Source: Caldisericaceae bacterium (GTDB lineage Bacteria; Caldisericota; Caldisericia; Caldisericales; Caldisericaceae). Taken from it: DNA of 64,000 nucleotides. The stretch spans positions 1 through 64,000 of the forward strand of contig JBMFRX010000002.1 of NCBI GenBank assembly GCA_049967855.1, written 5' to 3'. Positions within the stretch are counted from its first letter, which is position 1; each line of letters starts with the position of its first letter. Below, piece by piece: positions 46,973 through 56,119 of the stretch. The position numbers were made by a program, and so were the translations under genes. Below the pieces are notes generated by a model. That model did not search any database, was not told the origin of the DNA, and saw only the letters and a list, made by a program, of their open reading frames with translations.

Positions 46973-47224
46973 AGTAACTTTTTCCTCCAAATTATCTGCT
47001 TCTCACTCAAGTTTGGAAATTTCACATCATTTATTGCCTAATTCAAAGATATTGAAGAACCCGACTACATCAATACAATTTTATACATAAAGAAGCAATA
47101 TTAAAACAGCAGGAGATGTTTTTGCGGATAAAATAGTGTTTGAGAATTTATTGTCTTGTCCTTAAGTTGCTGATTCCCGTAGCGTCCTTTTGTAAATTTG
47201 AATTTTCATTTATAATAATTTGTT

Positions 47225-49102
47225 ATGAATATTAGAATATACGGTGTCATAGTTGTTGGCGGTGGACATGCGGGTGTTGAGGCTGCTCTTGCTTCTGCAA
47301 GGATGGGAGTGGAGACATTGCTTGTCACTATCGATAATGATAGTTTTGGATGGATGCCGTGCAACCCGTCGATAGGAGGCCCTGGTAAATCTCAAGTGGT
47401 CCGTGAAATAGACGCGCTTGGCGGGGCAATGGCACTGAATACAGATGAAACTCTCACTCAGATTAAAATGCTTAACATGTCACGTGGTCCGGCAGTATGG
47501 AGTTTGCGGGCACAGGCAGACAAGTGGCAGTATTCTCTTGGAATGAAAAGAAGAGTTGAAAATCAAAACCACTTGCACCTTAGGCAGGGAACTGTTGACA
47601 GACTCATTGTTGAAGCTGATAGAGTAAAAGGTATCGTAACTGCAGACAATACAGAATTTTATGCAGATGCTGTTGTGCTAACGGCTGGCACATACCTCAA
47701 AGGAAGAATTTATATTTCTACATGGTCGGCTCCTGCAGGACGCTGGTCAGAACCACCTTCAAACTCTCTTTCTGACAACCTGAAGGAACTCGGATTCAGA
47801 ATGAGTCGTTTTAATACGGGAACCACGCCGAGGATTGACAAAAGAAGCATAGACCTTTCGAAGTTTGAAGAGGAAAAGGGCGATTTTGTTCCTCTGCATT
47901 TCTCTTTTTGGAATAAGCCGAAGGTTTATGAAGGGCAAATTTCTTCTTATCTTGGTTGGACTAATGAAAAGACTATTGAAGTAACCAGAAAGTATATGAA
48001 CCTCTCACCTTCAGTGATGGGTATTATGGTCAAGACAGGCCCGCGTACCTGCCCCTCTATGGAGGAAAAGGTTCGTTGGTTCCCTGACAAAATTCGCCAC
48101 CAGTTTTTCCTTGAACCAGAGGGATTTAATACTAATGAAATATATATGCAGGGAATGTATATGTCGATGCCTTACCCTTATCAGGTAGAGCTCTTGCAGA
48201 CTATCCCAGGCCTGGAAAATGTCGATATTATAAGACCAGCATATGTTATTGATTACGATTACGTTATTCCAACACAGCTCAGTCTGAACTATGAGACTAA
48301 AGTCATTGAAGGGCTTTTCATAGCGGGACAACCCAACGGAAGCACTGGTTATGATGAAGCAGCAGGACAGGGACTGCTTGCAGGAATCAACGCTGCATTA
48401 AAAGTCCAGGGGAAAGAGCCTTTTGTAATAAAGAGAAACGAAGGATACTTAGGCGTAATGACTGACGACATTCTTACAAAAGAATTATTTGAGCCATATA
48501 GAATTACCCCGTCTCATTGTGAGTATAGACTTCTTCTGAGAGAAGACAACGCTGACTTACGTCTTACAAGAAAAGGTTATGAATTGGGAGTTATAGAAGA
48601 GGACAAATACGCAATATTTCTTGAGAAGGAACGTATGATTTCTGAAGTGCGCGAGGCGCTTGAACTAAAACTTCTGACTCCAAACATCGAGACAGCCAAG
48701 AAACTGAAAGAGCTTGGAATCCAGGAAATAAGTCAACCTATGAAGCTTTTTGAGCTGCTCAGACGGCAGGACTTCACTAAAGATAGCCTTAAGCAACTTG
48801 ACCCAAGGTTCGCAGGTTATCCCGATGAAATACTTGAAATTGTAGAAACTGAGGCAAAATATGCAGGATACATTGCGCGTGAAACAAGTAAAGCAAAGGA
48901 GTTCGCAAGGCTCGATGATTTTCTCATTCCTAATGATTTGGACTATAATTTGGTGCCATCTCTTTCAAAGGAAGGAAGAACACGGCTTGCCCAAATAAAG
49001 CCTGCTTCGCTTGGCCAGGCAATGAGAATTTCAGGAGTTAGGCCAGCTGACATTCAGATGCTGGTCCTCTATATAAAGAATTCAGGAGGTAATAATGAAT
49101 AA
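47225..49102 (+). CDS. mnmG: tRNA uridine-5-carboxymethylaminomethyl modification enzyme MnmG
   Basis: [62 protein letters not shown]. Confidence 0.97.
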   Translation: MNIRIYGVIVVGGGHAGVEAALASARMGVETLLVTIDNDSFGWMPCNPSIGGPGKSQVVREIDALGGAMALNTDETLTQIKMLNMSRGPAVWSLRAQADKWQYSLGMKRRVENQNHLHLRQGTVDRLIVEADRVKGIVTADNTEFYADAVVLTAGTYLKGRIYISTWSAPAGRWSEPPSNSLSDNLKELGFRMSRFNTGTTPRIDKRSIDLSKFEEEKGDFVPLHFSFWNKPKVYEGQISSYLGWTNEKTIEVTRKYMNLSPSVMGIMVKTGPRTCPSMEEKVRWFPDKIRHQFFLEPEGFNTNEIYMQGMYMSMPYPYQVELLQTIPGLENVDIIRPAYVIDYDYVIPTQLSLNYETKVIEGLFIAGQPNGSTGYDEAAGQGLLAGINAALKVQGKEPFVIKRNEGYLGVMTDDILTKELFEPYRITPSHCEYRLLLREDNADLRLTRKGYELGVIEEDKYAIFLEKERMISEVREALELKLLTPNIETAKKLKELGIQEISQPMKLFELLRRQDFTKDSLKQLDPRFAGYPDEILEIVETEAKYAGYIARETSKAKEFARLDDFLIPNDLDYNLVPSLSKEGRTRLAQIKPASLGQAMRISGVRPADIQMLVLYIKNSGGNNE

Positions 49103-49847
49103 CTTCAAAGTTGTTTTTGTTAGACATGGTGAAAGCGAGTGGAACAAGGAAAACCGTTTCACCGGATGGACCGATGTTGACTTGTCTCAAAAAGGTCTTG
49201 ACGAAGCCCATTTTGCTGCAGATTTGCTTAAAAAGCAAGGTTTAACATTTGATATCTCTTTCACATCTGTTTTAAAGAGGGCTATAAAGACGTTGTGGAT
49301 TATGCTTGAAGACTTGGATTTGATGTGGATCCCCGAATTTAAAAGTTGGAGATTAAACGAGAGGCATTATGGAGCATTACAAGGTTTAAACAAGATAGAA
49401 ATGGTAAAGCAGTATGGGGAGGAGCAAGTTTTGATTTGGAGAAGGTCTTATGATGTTCCACCCCCAAAACTCGAACCATCAGATCCTCGAAATCCCGCCT
49501 TCGATAGCAGGTATAGTGACTTAACAACAAATGAGCTTCCTTTAAGCGAATCGCTCAAGGATACTCTTGCAAGGGCTGTCCCTTATTGGGAAAATGTCAT
49601 AGTTCCGAAAATCAAAGAGGGCAAAAGAGTTATTGTCTCAGCCCATGGTAATAGTCTTAGAGCAATCGTGAAATATATTGACAATGTTTCTAATGAAGAA
49701 ATCACTGGTTTGAATATTCCTACTGGTATACCTTTTATCTACGAGTTTGATGAAAATATGGAGCCTTTAAAACACTATTATCTTGCAGATGAAGCTACCG
49801 TAAAAGCAGCCGCAGAGAAGGTTGCTTCTCAGACAAAAGAGAATTAG
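49095..49847 (+). CDS. gpmA: 2,3-bisphosphoglycerate-dependent phosphoglycerate mutase
   Basis: [37 protein letters not shown]. Confidence 0.97.
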   Translation: MNNFKVVFVRHGESEWNKENRFTGWTDVDLSQKGLDEAHFAADLLKKQGLTFDISFTSVLKRAIKTLWIMLEDLDLMWIPEFKSWRLNERHYGALQGLNKIEMVKQYGEEQVLIWRRSYDVPPPKLEPSDPRNPAFDSRYSDLTTNELPLSESLKDTLARAVPYWENVIVPKIKEGKRVIVSAHGNSLRAIVKYIDNVSNEEITGLNIPTGIPFIYEFDENMEPLKHYYLADEATVKAAAEKVASQTKEN

Positions 49848-49878
49848 CAGCAATTTAATTTTTGAGTTTATAGGTTTC

Positions 49879-49924
49879 AGGCATAAAGCAAGCAGTTTAG
49901 ATATATTGCTACTTTATGCCTTTT
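49879..49924 (+). terminator. Terminator after gpmA
   Basis: AGGCATAAAG...CTTTATGCCT followed by TTT. Confidence 0.65.
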
Positions 49925-50116
49925 ATTCTGTACTTCCATCGTAGAAGAATGTAGATTTTTCTGAGAGGTTTTTCGATACTGCTAAATTGCTCTAGAATAA
50001 TTTCGCATTACGTTTTAGCAAAATATTATAAGTGAGAATTGTTTTTTAATATGTTATTTAACATAAACTAGGAAGCTAAGAATCAAATTCCCGTCTGTTT
50101 TCCAAACAGAACTTAG

Positions 50117-50149
50117 TTATCCACAATATCCACAAGTGCCTGTGTATAA
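50117..50149. promoter_or_regulatory. DnaA-box cluster
   Basis: TTATCCACA (50117), ATATCCACA (50126), TGTGTATAA (50141, = TTATACACA on the minus strand). Confidence 0.7.
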
Positions 50150-50257
50150 GTTTAATTCAATGCTGACAATTTATGATATTTTTAGCATCAGTATGACGCT
50201 TTTAAATATCGAATATGAAGTTTTGCACAAGAAATTCTCGCAGGACGCACAAGATGT

Positions 50258-50953
50258 TCAAAACCTAAGTAACTCGAAAAGATATATTACTATTGGAAGA
50301 TAAACCAGAGACGGAAGCAGATTGAGCACCTTCATTTTCTTTATTGAAAGAAGCTCAAATCCTATGGCAATTATAAGTACTCCTCCTAATCCCGTCAGAT
50401 TATTTATATAAATATCTCTTGTTAGAAACTGCAAATGACTTCCAAGAAGTGTTAGACTTCCCTGGATTACAAGAACAGAAACAGCCGAAAGCATAACTCC
50501 TATTCCAAGCCCTGAAGCAAGTGTGAGTGAAGTGATACCATCCATTATTGATTTTGTATAGAGGAGAGTGGCATCTCCAGTAAGTCCTTCCTGTATTGAA
50601 CCTACCACGGTCATAGCCCCTACGCAAAATACTAAAGTTGCGGTAATGAAACCTTCAACAAAATGCGGAGAATTAGGTGATATGCGGTTCTTAATGCTTT
50701 CCATAGTGCTATCTAACCTTGAGTCAAGACGTAAGGCTTCTCCTGTGATTCCACCAACAATCAGGGATATGAAAATCTCTATTAAATTTTGAGACTTAAC
50801 AACCATTGTTATTCCGATTAGAATTGTGAAAAGGCCAATAGCCTGAAGCACTATTTGTTTGAATCGCTCTGATAGTTTACCCTGAAGCAATATACCAAGG
50901 CTGCTCCCGACGATCACTGTTGCCACATTAACAATTGTTCCTATCATCACCAC
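50258..50953 (-). CDS. DUF554 (YdfK/YqgA-like) membrane protein
   Basis: GTIVN...VGS..G, GFITATLVFCVGAM..VG, KSIMDG, QG.LT. Confidence 0.9.
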   Translation of the reverse strand: MVMIGTIVNVATVIVGSSLGILLQGKLSERFKQIVLQAIGLFTILIGITMVVKSQNLIEIFISLIVGGITGEALRLDSRLDSTMESIKNRISPNSPHFVEGFITATLVFCVGAMTVVGSIQEGLTGDATLLYTKSIMDGITSLTLASGLGIGVMLSAVSVLVIQGSLTLLGSHLQFLTRDIYINNLTGLGGVLIIAIGFELLSIKKMKVLNLLPSLVYLPIVIYLFELLRF

Positions 50954-51064
50954 ACCCGCCTTATTACTCTAATTTAAGTAATTATATTGATTCTTTTGAA
51001 ATTGCAAAATGGATTATAGTTTACAAAACTAAGTGGTATAATATTTATGATTTAAGGAGGCTTT

Positions 51065-51859
51065 ATGTGTAGAATACTCTATCTTTCGGGCAACAATGGT
51101 AGCCTTGCAATTGCTAATTATTTTATAGATAGTTTTGTTGAGGCTTCCGAAAATGATGTTCTGGGCAAAGATGGTCCGATTCAGCATGGCGATGGATTTG
51201 GATACGTTATCTTTGGAGTGCATAATGGTAAGCGCAAGGAATTTTCTTTTAAAAGCATTAAGCCAGTATTCGAATCCAGTGAAGACATAAATGTTTTGAA
51301 GAGCACCTTAGGACAACTTGATAAATTTGCGCTTGGCATCCACTCAAGAAAAGCTTCGGCGGGAAGTGTAAACTTGTTTAATGTTCATCCGTTCCACTTT
51401 TCAACCAAGGCAGGCAGTTCCTTTTACTTAATGCATAATGGAACACTCAGCAAGGATAAACTTGAATCTGATGTTGGAATTGCTTCCGATAATGATTTGA
51501 CAGATTCATATATTCTTGGGTTGCTGTTGTCAAGAAAAATTGAAAAATTGGAGTCTGGTTTTGTGTTTGATTTCTTCAAAAATTCTCTGCAGTATGTGGA
51601 GTCAACTCTCAATGTAATATCAATGTTTAGGACAGTTGACAATAAGCAAAAAGCCTTTCTTACGGCTTACTCAAAAAAAGACTTTGATTACACAAAAATA
51701 TTCACGTACAAAAACGATTATACTTTTGCTTTGGCGTCGTCTACAGTGAGCCTTTATGCTGAAAAGATAGGAATTCAAATGGAGCTTCTTCAAAATGGGC
51801 AGACTGTTTTTATTGAGGATGTTTTTAAGAATGAAATAATGTTTAATTCTCTATTGTAA
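51065..51859 (+). CDS. Class II glutamine amidotransferase (Ntn hydrolase)-like protein
   Basis: N-terminal MCR, HGDGFG, HSRKAS.G, HPF, MHNG, TDS. Confidence 0.8.
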   Translation: MCRILYLSGNNGSLAIANYFIDSFVEASENDVLGKDGPIQHGDGFGYVIFGVHNGKRKEFSFKSIKPVFESSEDINVLKSTLGQLDKFALGIHSRKASAGSVNLFNVHPFHFSTKAGSSFYLMHNGTLSKDKLESDVGIASDNDLTDSYILGLLLSRKIEKLESGFVFDFFKNSLQYVESTLNVISMFRTVDNKQKAFLTAYSKKDFDYTKIFTYKNDYTFALASSTVSLYAEKIGIQMELLQNGQTVFIEDVFKNEIMFNSLL

Positions 51860-51881
51860 AATATCTTTAGGGGGTGAAAGT

Positions 51882-52670
51882 ATGGATTTGGGATTGAGCA
51901 GTAAAGTTGCTTTTGTTATGGCAGGAAGCAAGGGTCTAGGGAAAAGTGTTGCTCTCAAACTTGCAGAGGAAGGGGCAGACATTGCAATTGTTGCGCATAA
52001 TGCTTCCAACCTTGAAAAAGCAAAAGAGGAAATTGAGGCAAAAACAGGGCGTACAATTCTTTCTATTGTTGCTGATGTTACTAAAGAAATCGAAGTTAAA
52101 GACGCAGTTCTCAAGACAATAAATAAATTTGGAACTGTACATATACTATTCGCCAATGCAGGAGGCCCGCCATCTGGAGGATTCTTTGATGTCAGTCCTG
52201 GAAACTACCTGGAGGCAGTTCAACTTAACCTTATGAGTACAATATATGCTGTATATGCTATAGTGCCTTATATGAAGGAACAAAAATGGGGACGCATTGT
52301 TGCATCAACTTCAATCAGTGTTAAACAGCCCCTGGACAACTTAATTTTATCTAACGTTTCACGTGCAGGCGTTGTAGCATTTGTGAAATCAGTTTCAAAT
52401 GCTCTTGCCCCTTTTGGAATCACTGCAAATTCGATAGCCCCAGGCTATACTATGACGGAAAGAGTCGAAAACCTGCTTAAGGCACGCACGGAAAAAGAGG
52501 GAATCTCATTTCAAGAGGCGGAAAATGGTATGGTAAATAGCATCCCAATGGGTAGAATTGGAACAGTAGAAGAATTCTCTTCGACAGTTGCTTTTTTATG
52601 CTCTGAGAATGCCTCTTATATTACTGGCATTACCCTGCCTGTAGATGGCGGTTTTATAAAAGGGGTTTAG
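51882..52670 (+). CDS. SDR-family oxidoreductase
   Basis: GSKGLG, NAGGP, SNVSR variant active site, PMGRIG..EE, VDGG. Confidence 0.9.
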   Translation: MDLGLSSKVAFVMAGSKGLGKSVALKLAEEGADIAIVAHNASNLEKAKEEIEAKTGRTILSIVADVTKEIEVKDAVLKTINKFGTVHILFANAGGPPSGGFFDVSPGNYLEAVQLNLMSTIYAVYAIVPYMKEQKWGRIVASTSISVKQPLDNLILSNVSRAGVVAFVKSVSNALAPFGITANSIAPGYTMTERVENLLKARTEKEGISFQEAENGMVNSIPMGRIGTVEEFSSTVAFLCSENASYITGITLPVDGGFIKGV

Positions 52671-52674
52671 CAAA

Positions 52675-53178
52675 ATGTTCAAATTAGAACCAGAGAAGGA
52701 TAATTCAGTATTAATTGAGCTTGCTGAGAAGATATGTGTTGCAGCAAGGACAGCGCCAAAAGCAAATGGGCGAGACTTTATAGTGACCGCGATTGTTTAT
52801 GGCGATGAACTTAAATTAATTCAAGATGAAATGAGGCGCTTTGGTGAACAGAAAAATCTTCAGTACTTTGTGAGAGACGCCTCTAACATTGATGGCAGGG
52901 TTGTAGTGCTCATAGGCACAAGGCTCAAAGGGGAAGCTCATGGTTTTGATGATTCAAAGGGAGAAGACCTGAATAACCACTTGTCTTCTGCAGTTGATCT
53001 TGGAATTGCTATTGGTTCAGCAGTATCAGTTGCAGCAGACTTGAGAGTTGACAATAGAGTTATGTACTCTATCGGGAGAGCTGCAGTAAATGTTAAATTA
53101 CTCGGCGAAGATGTTAAAATTGCATATGGTATTCCTTTAAGCGTGTCTGGGAAGAATCCCTTTTTTGATAGGAGGTAG
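52675..53178 (+). CDS. DUF2148-family protein
   Basis: AARTAPK, RDA.N, DLGIAIGSA, DNRVMYSIG, GIPLSVSGKNPFFDR. Confidence 0.8.
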   Translation: MFKLEPEKDNSVLIELAEKICVAARTAPKANGRDFIVTAIVYGDELKLIQDEMRRFGEQKNLQYFVRDASNIDGRVVVLIGTRLKGEAHGFDDSKGEDLNNHLSSAVDLGIAIGSAVSVAADLRVDNRVMYSIGRAAVNVKLLGEDVKIAYGIPLSVSGKNPFFDRR

Positions 53179-53180
53179 AG

Positions 53181-54311
53181 ATGAAAGAATTACTTTTGAT
53201 TCCAGGTCCAACACCTGTAAGCACTGAAGTACTCGCTGCTCTCTCTCAGGAGACAATTTCTCACACTGATGAGAGGTTTGTCAGGATTATGTCAGATACG
53301 CTCTCAAAAACTAAGTTGGTATTTGGTGCGGCAAGTGGTTATCCTTTTGTTGTTGCAGGTTCTGGAACTCTTGGCATGGAGATAGCTTTAACAAATATTC
53401 TCAAAGATGATGAAAACTTGCTGGTTGTATCACACGGATACTTTGGCGATAGGTTTATAGACATTGCCAAGGCATTAAACGTAAATGCGGACTATTTGAA
53501 AGCTCCTACCGGCTGTACTGTGCCGATAAATGACATTGAAAAATCCATTAAGTCTAAGCATTACGATGCAGTCACCATTACTCATGTTGATACTTCAACT
53601 GGAACACTCGCTGATTTGGAGCTAATTGCAAAGTCTATACGCGAAGTCTCTCCTTCTACTCTTATTGTAGTTGATGCAGTTTGCGCAGCAGGTGGAGTCA
53701 GTGAGAAATTTGATGATTGGGGGATAGATGTCATATTTACTGGCTCTCAAAAAGCTATTGCAGTGCCGCCAGGCTTGACTATGCTTGCGTTCTCTGAAAA
53801 GGCTATTGAGAAAAGGAAATCTGTGCAGAAAGTTAGAACTTATTATGGAGACATCTTACGCTGGCTTCCTGTTATGGAGGACCCACACAAGTATTTTGCA
53901 ACGCCAGCCGTGAATATGGTGTATGCTTTGAATAAATCACTGAATGATATTGTTACTTTTGGACTGAGTAATTACATTGATAAGCATTACAAACTTGCTA
54001 AGCTTGTTCGAAGATCAATGTCTTCAATGGGATTTGAGCTTGTGAGCAAGAATCCTGCACCCACATTGTCTGTATTCAGGTACCCTCAAGGGGTAAACGA
54101 TTTGGATTTCAGAGACAGATTGTATAAAAAAGGCGTTGTTGTTGCGGGAGCTTTAGCAGAGCTTCAGGGTAAAGCTTTTAGAATGGGGCATATGGGTAGT
54201 GTAACAGAGGATGAGCTCTTCGTTGCAGTCAAAAAGATAGCTCAGGTGCTTGGAGAATACGGACTAGATTATAATTATGGAGAAGTTTTTTCAGGATTTA
54301 CTGAGAAATAA
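53181..54311 (+). CDS. Class V PLP aminotransferase (serine-pyruvate/alanine-glyoxylate type)
   Basis: LLIPGPT, GSGT, HVDTSTG, VDAV, GSQKAIAVPPG, FRMGHMG. Confidence 0.9.
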   Translation: MKELLLIPGPTPVSTEVLAALSQETISHTDERFVRIMSDTLSKTKLVFGAASGYPFVVAGSGTLGMEIALTNILKDDENLLVVSHGYFGDRFIDIAKALNVNADYLKAPTGCTVPINDIEKSIKSKHYDAVTITHVDTSTGTLADLELIAKSIREVSPSTLIVVDAVCAAGGVSEKFDDWGIDVIFTGSQKAIAVPPGLTMLAFSEKAIEKRKSVQKVRTYYGDILRWLPVMEDPHKYFATPAVNMVYALNKSLNDIVTFGLSNYIDKHYKLAKLVRRSMSSMGFELVSKNPAPTLSVFRYPQGVNDLDFRDRLYKKGVVVAGALAELQGKAFRMGHMGSVTEDELFVAVKKIAQVLGEYGLDYNYGEVFSGFTEK

Positions 54312-54403
54312 CTTTAGAAGGTTAAATAATATTACTCGGTCAGTTTTATAGGATTGCGTTTCAATAACAGATATTATGGAAGATTTGGTTTTATAGGAGG
54401 AAT

Positions 54404-55066
54404 ATGGGAATATTTGATATTATTGGTCCAATTATGATTGGGCCGTCAAGCTCACATACAGCTGGGGCTGTAAAAATTGGGTACTTTGCATCAAGAATAG
54501 CTGGAGGTAACTTTGATTCAGTCGAGGTTAACCTCTTTAATTCTTTTTCCGAGACAGGCAGGGGTCACGGAACAGATATTGCAATAATTGCTGGAATTCT
54601 TGGTTTTGGTGTTGACGATAAGCAAATAGTTGATTCCTTTGAGATTGCAAAGTCGAAGAACCTGAATTTCAAGATTAATTGGAAAGGGGAAAATGAAAAT
54701 TATCCTGAAAACTGTGCAGAGCTTATTTTCCACAGCAGTAGAGGCTTGTATGATATCGTGGGTAATTCGATAGGTGGTGGAGAAGTTAGTATCATAAATA
54801 TAAATGGATATGACGTGAGTCTTTCATTTAAACATCCAGTTCTAATGATTTTTTCGTTTGATGTACCTGGTGTTATAGCCTATGTTGCCAGTATAATTTC
54901 CGTAAACGGCATTAATATTGCAAAAATGGAAGTAGAGAGAGATTCTTCAAGGGGTGAATCGCTTGCAGTATTTAAACTTGATAGAGACTTTCCACCTGAT
55001 GAAATTAAGTTAATTAAGGAGAATAAAAGCATAAAAGAAGTCATAATTTTGGAGAGGTCAATCTAA
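54404..55066 (+). CDS. sdaAB: L-serine dehydratase beta subunit
   Basis: FDIIGPIMIGPSSSHTAGA, TG.GHGTD, SIGGG, C-terminal ACT domain. Confidence 0.95.
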   Translation: MGIFDIIGPIMIGPSSSHTAGAVKIGYFASRIAGGNFDSVEVNLFNSFSETGRGHGTDIAIIAGILGFGVDDKQIVDSFEIAKSKNLNFKINWKGENENYPENCAELIFHSSRGLYDIVGNSIGGGEVSIININGYDVSLSFKHPVLMIFSFDVPGVIAYVASIISVNGINIAKMEVERDSSRGESLAVFKLDRDFPPDEIKLIKENKSIKEVIILERSI

Positions 55067-55962
55067 TGAAGATAAAGTTTAAGACATTTTCTGATTTGAA
55101 AAGGCAAGTTTCAGAAAGCGGGCTTGGTATTGGCAAATTCCTGATAGCTTACGAAGCTCTTAATCTAAATGTTCCTGAGGAAAAAGTAATCGAGAGAATG
55201 CAGAATACTCTTTCTGCTATGAGGGGATCCATTGAGGCTGGGCTAAGCCATAAAAATACATCACGCACAGGGTTTGTTAATGGTTGGGCAAAGAGTATGC
55301 TTGATTTCTCTAGCAATGTTGAAAATCTACTAATTTCAAAGGAGTTCACAGAGATCATTTTTAGAACGTTAGCGGTATCTGAAATGAACGCATGTATGGG
55401 GCGGATAGTTGCAGCACCTACTGCCGGTGCTTGTGGTGTGCTGCCAGGAGCGCTTTTGACGGTGGCTGATCACAAAAGAATCTCAGAGGATAAAATCATA
55501 GAGGCTCTTTTTGTTTCTGGTGGCATTGGGGAGGTAATCAAGAACCAAGCAAGCCTTTCTGGGTCAAGGCACGGTTGTCAGGCTGAAATTGGTTCTGCTT
55601 CGTCGATGACAGCAGGAGCTATTGTATCAATGTTTACTGACGATGTTGATACAATAGAAAGTGCAGCTGCATTTGCAATGAAAAATATCCTTGGTCTTGT
55701 GTGTGACCCTATTGGAGGGTATGTTGAGATTCCTTGTATAAAGAGAAATGTAGCCAACACATTTAATGCTATATCTTCTGCCGAAATGGCACTCGCTGGC
55801 ATAAGGACTCTTATACCTTTTGATGAAGTTATAATAGCTATGAAACGCATAGGAGAAACTATGCCTGCTGCTCTAAAGGAGACCGGAATTGGTGGCATTG
55901 CTGGGACCCCAACTGCGCAATTGTTGCTGAAAAAGTATAAAGATGATAATCGACATAATTAG
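55066..55962 (+). CDS. sdaAA: L-serine dehydratase alpha subunit
   Basis: IVAAPTAGACG, GCQAEIG, GLVCDPIGG.VEIPC..RN, LKETG.GG. Confidence 0.95.
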   Translation: MKIKFKTFSDLKRQVSESGLGIGKFLIAYEALNLNVPEEKVIERMQNTLSAMRGSIEAGLSHKNTSRTGFVNGWAKSMLDFSSNVENLLISKEFTEIIFRTLAVSEMNACMGRIVAAPTAGACGVLPGALLTVADHKRISEDKIIEALFVSGGIGEVIKNQASLSGSRHGCQAEIGSASSMTAGAIVSMFTDDVDTIESAAAFAMKNILGLVCDPIGGYVEIPCIKRNVANTFNAISSAEMALAGIRTLIPFDEVIIAMKRIGETMPAALKETGIGGIAGTPTAQLLLKKYKDDNRHN

Positions 55963-56061
55963 AACTTCTCTTGATTTTATTAAAGCTTGTTCATTGGGTG
56001 GTTTTCTCTATGGATAATTGTGATAACAATACTTGATGCGAATTTTATTTAAATAAACTGG

Positions 56062-56090
56062 AACAGAGGGTAATTTTACCCTCTGTTTTT
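56062..56090. terminator. Terminator between convergent operons
   Basis: AACAGAGGGTAA-tt-TTACCCTCTGTT followed by TTT. Confidence 0.8.
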
Positions 56091-56119
56091 AATCAACTAA
56101 TGTTATGGTGAAAAATTAG

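Noticed and set aside
50056..50083. dif site (ATTTAACATAA is an exact XerD arm)
   Set aside because: The position of the XerC arm (AAGCTAAGAAT) does not match a dif half-site; a lone 11-mer in AT-rich DNA is not enough.
56009..56017. DnaA-box-like TATGGATAA
   Set aside because: A single mismatched box with no cluster.
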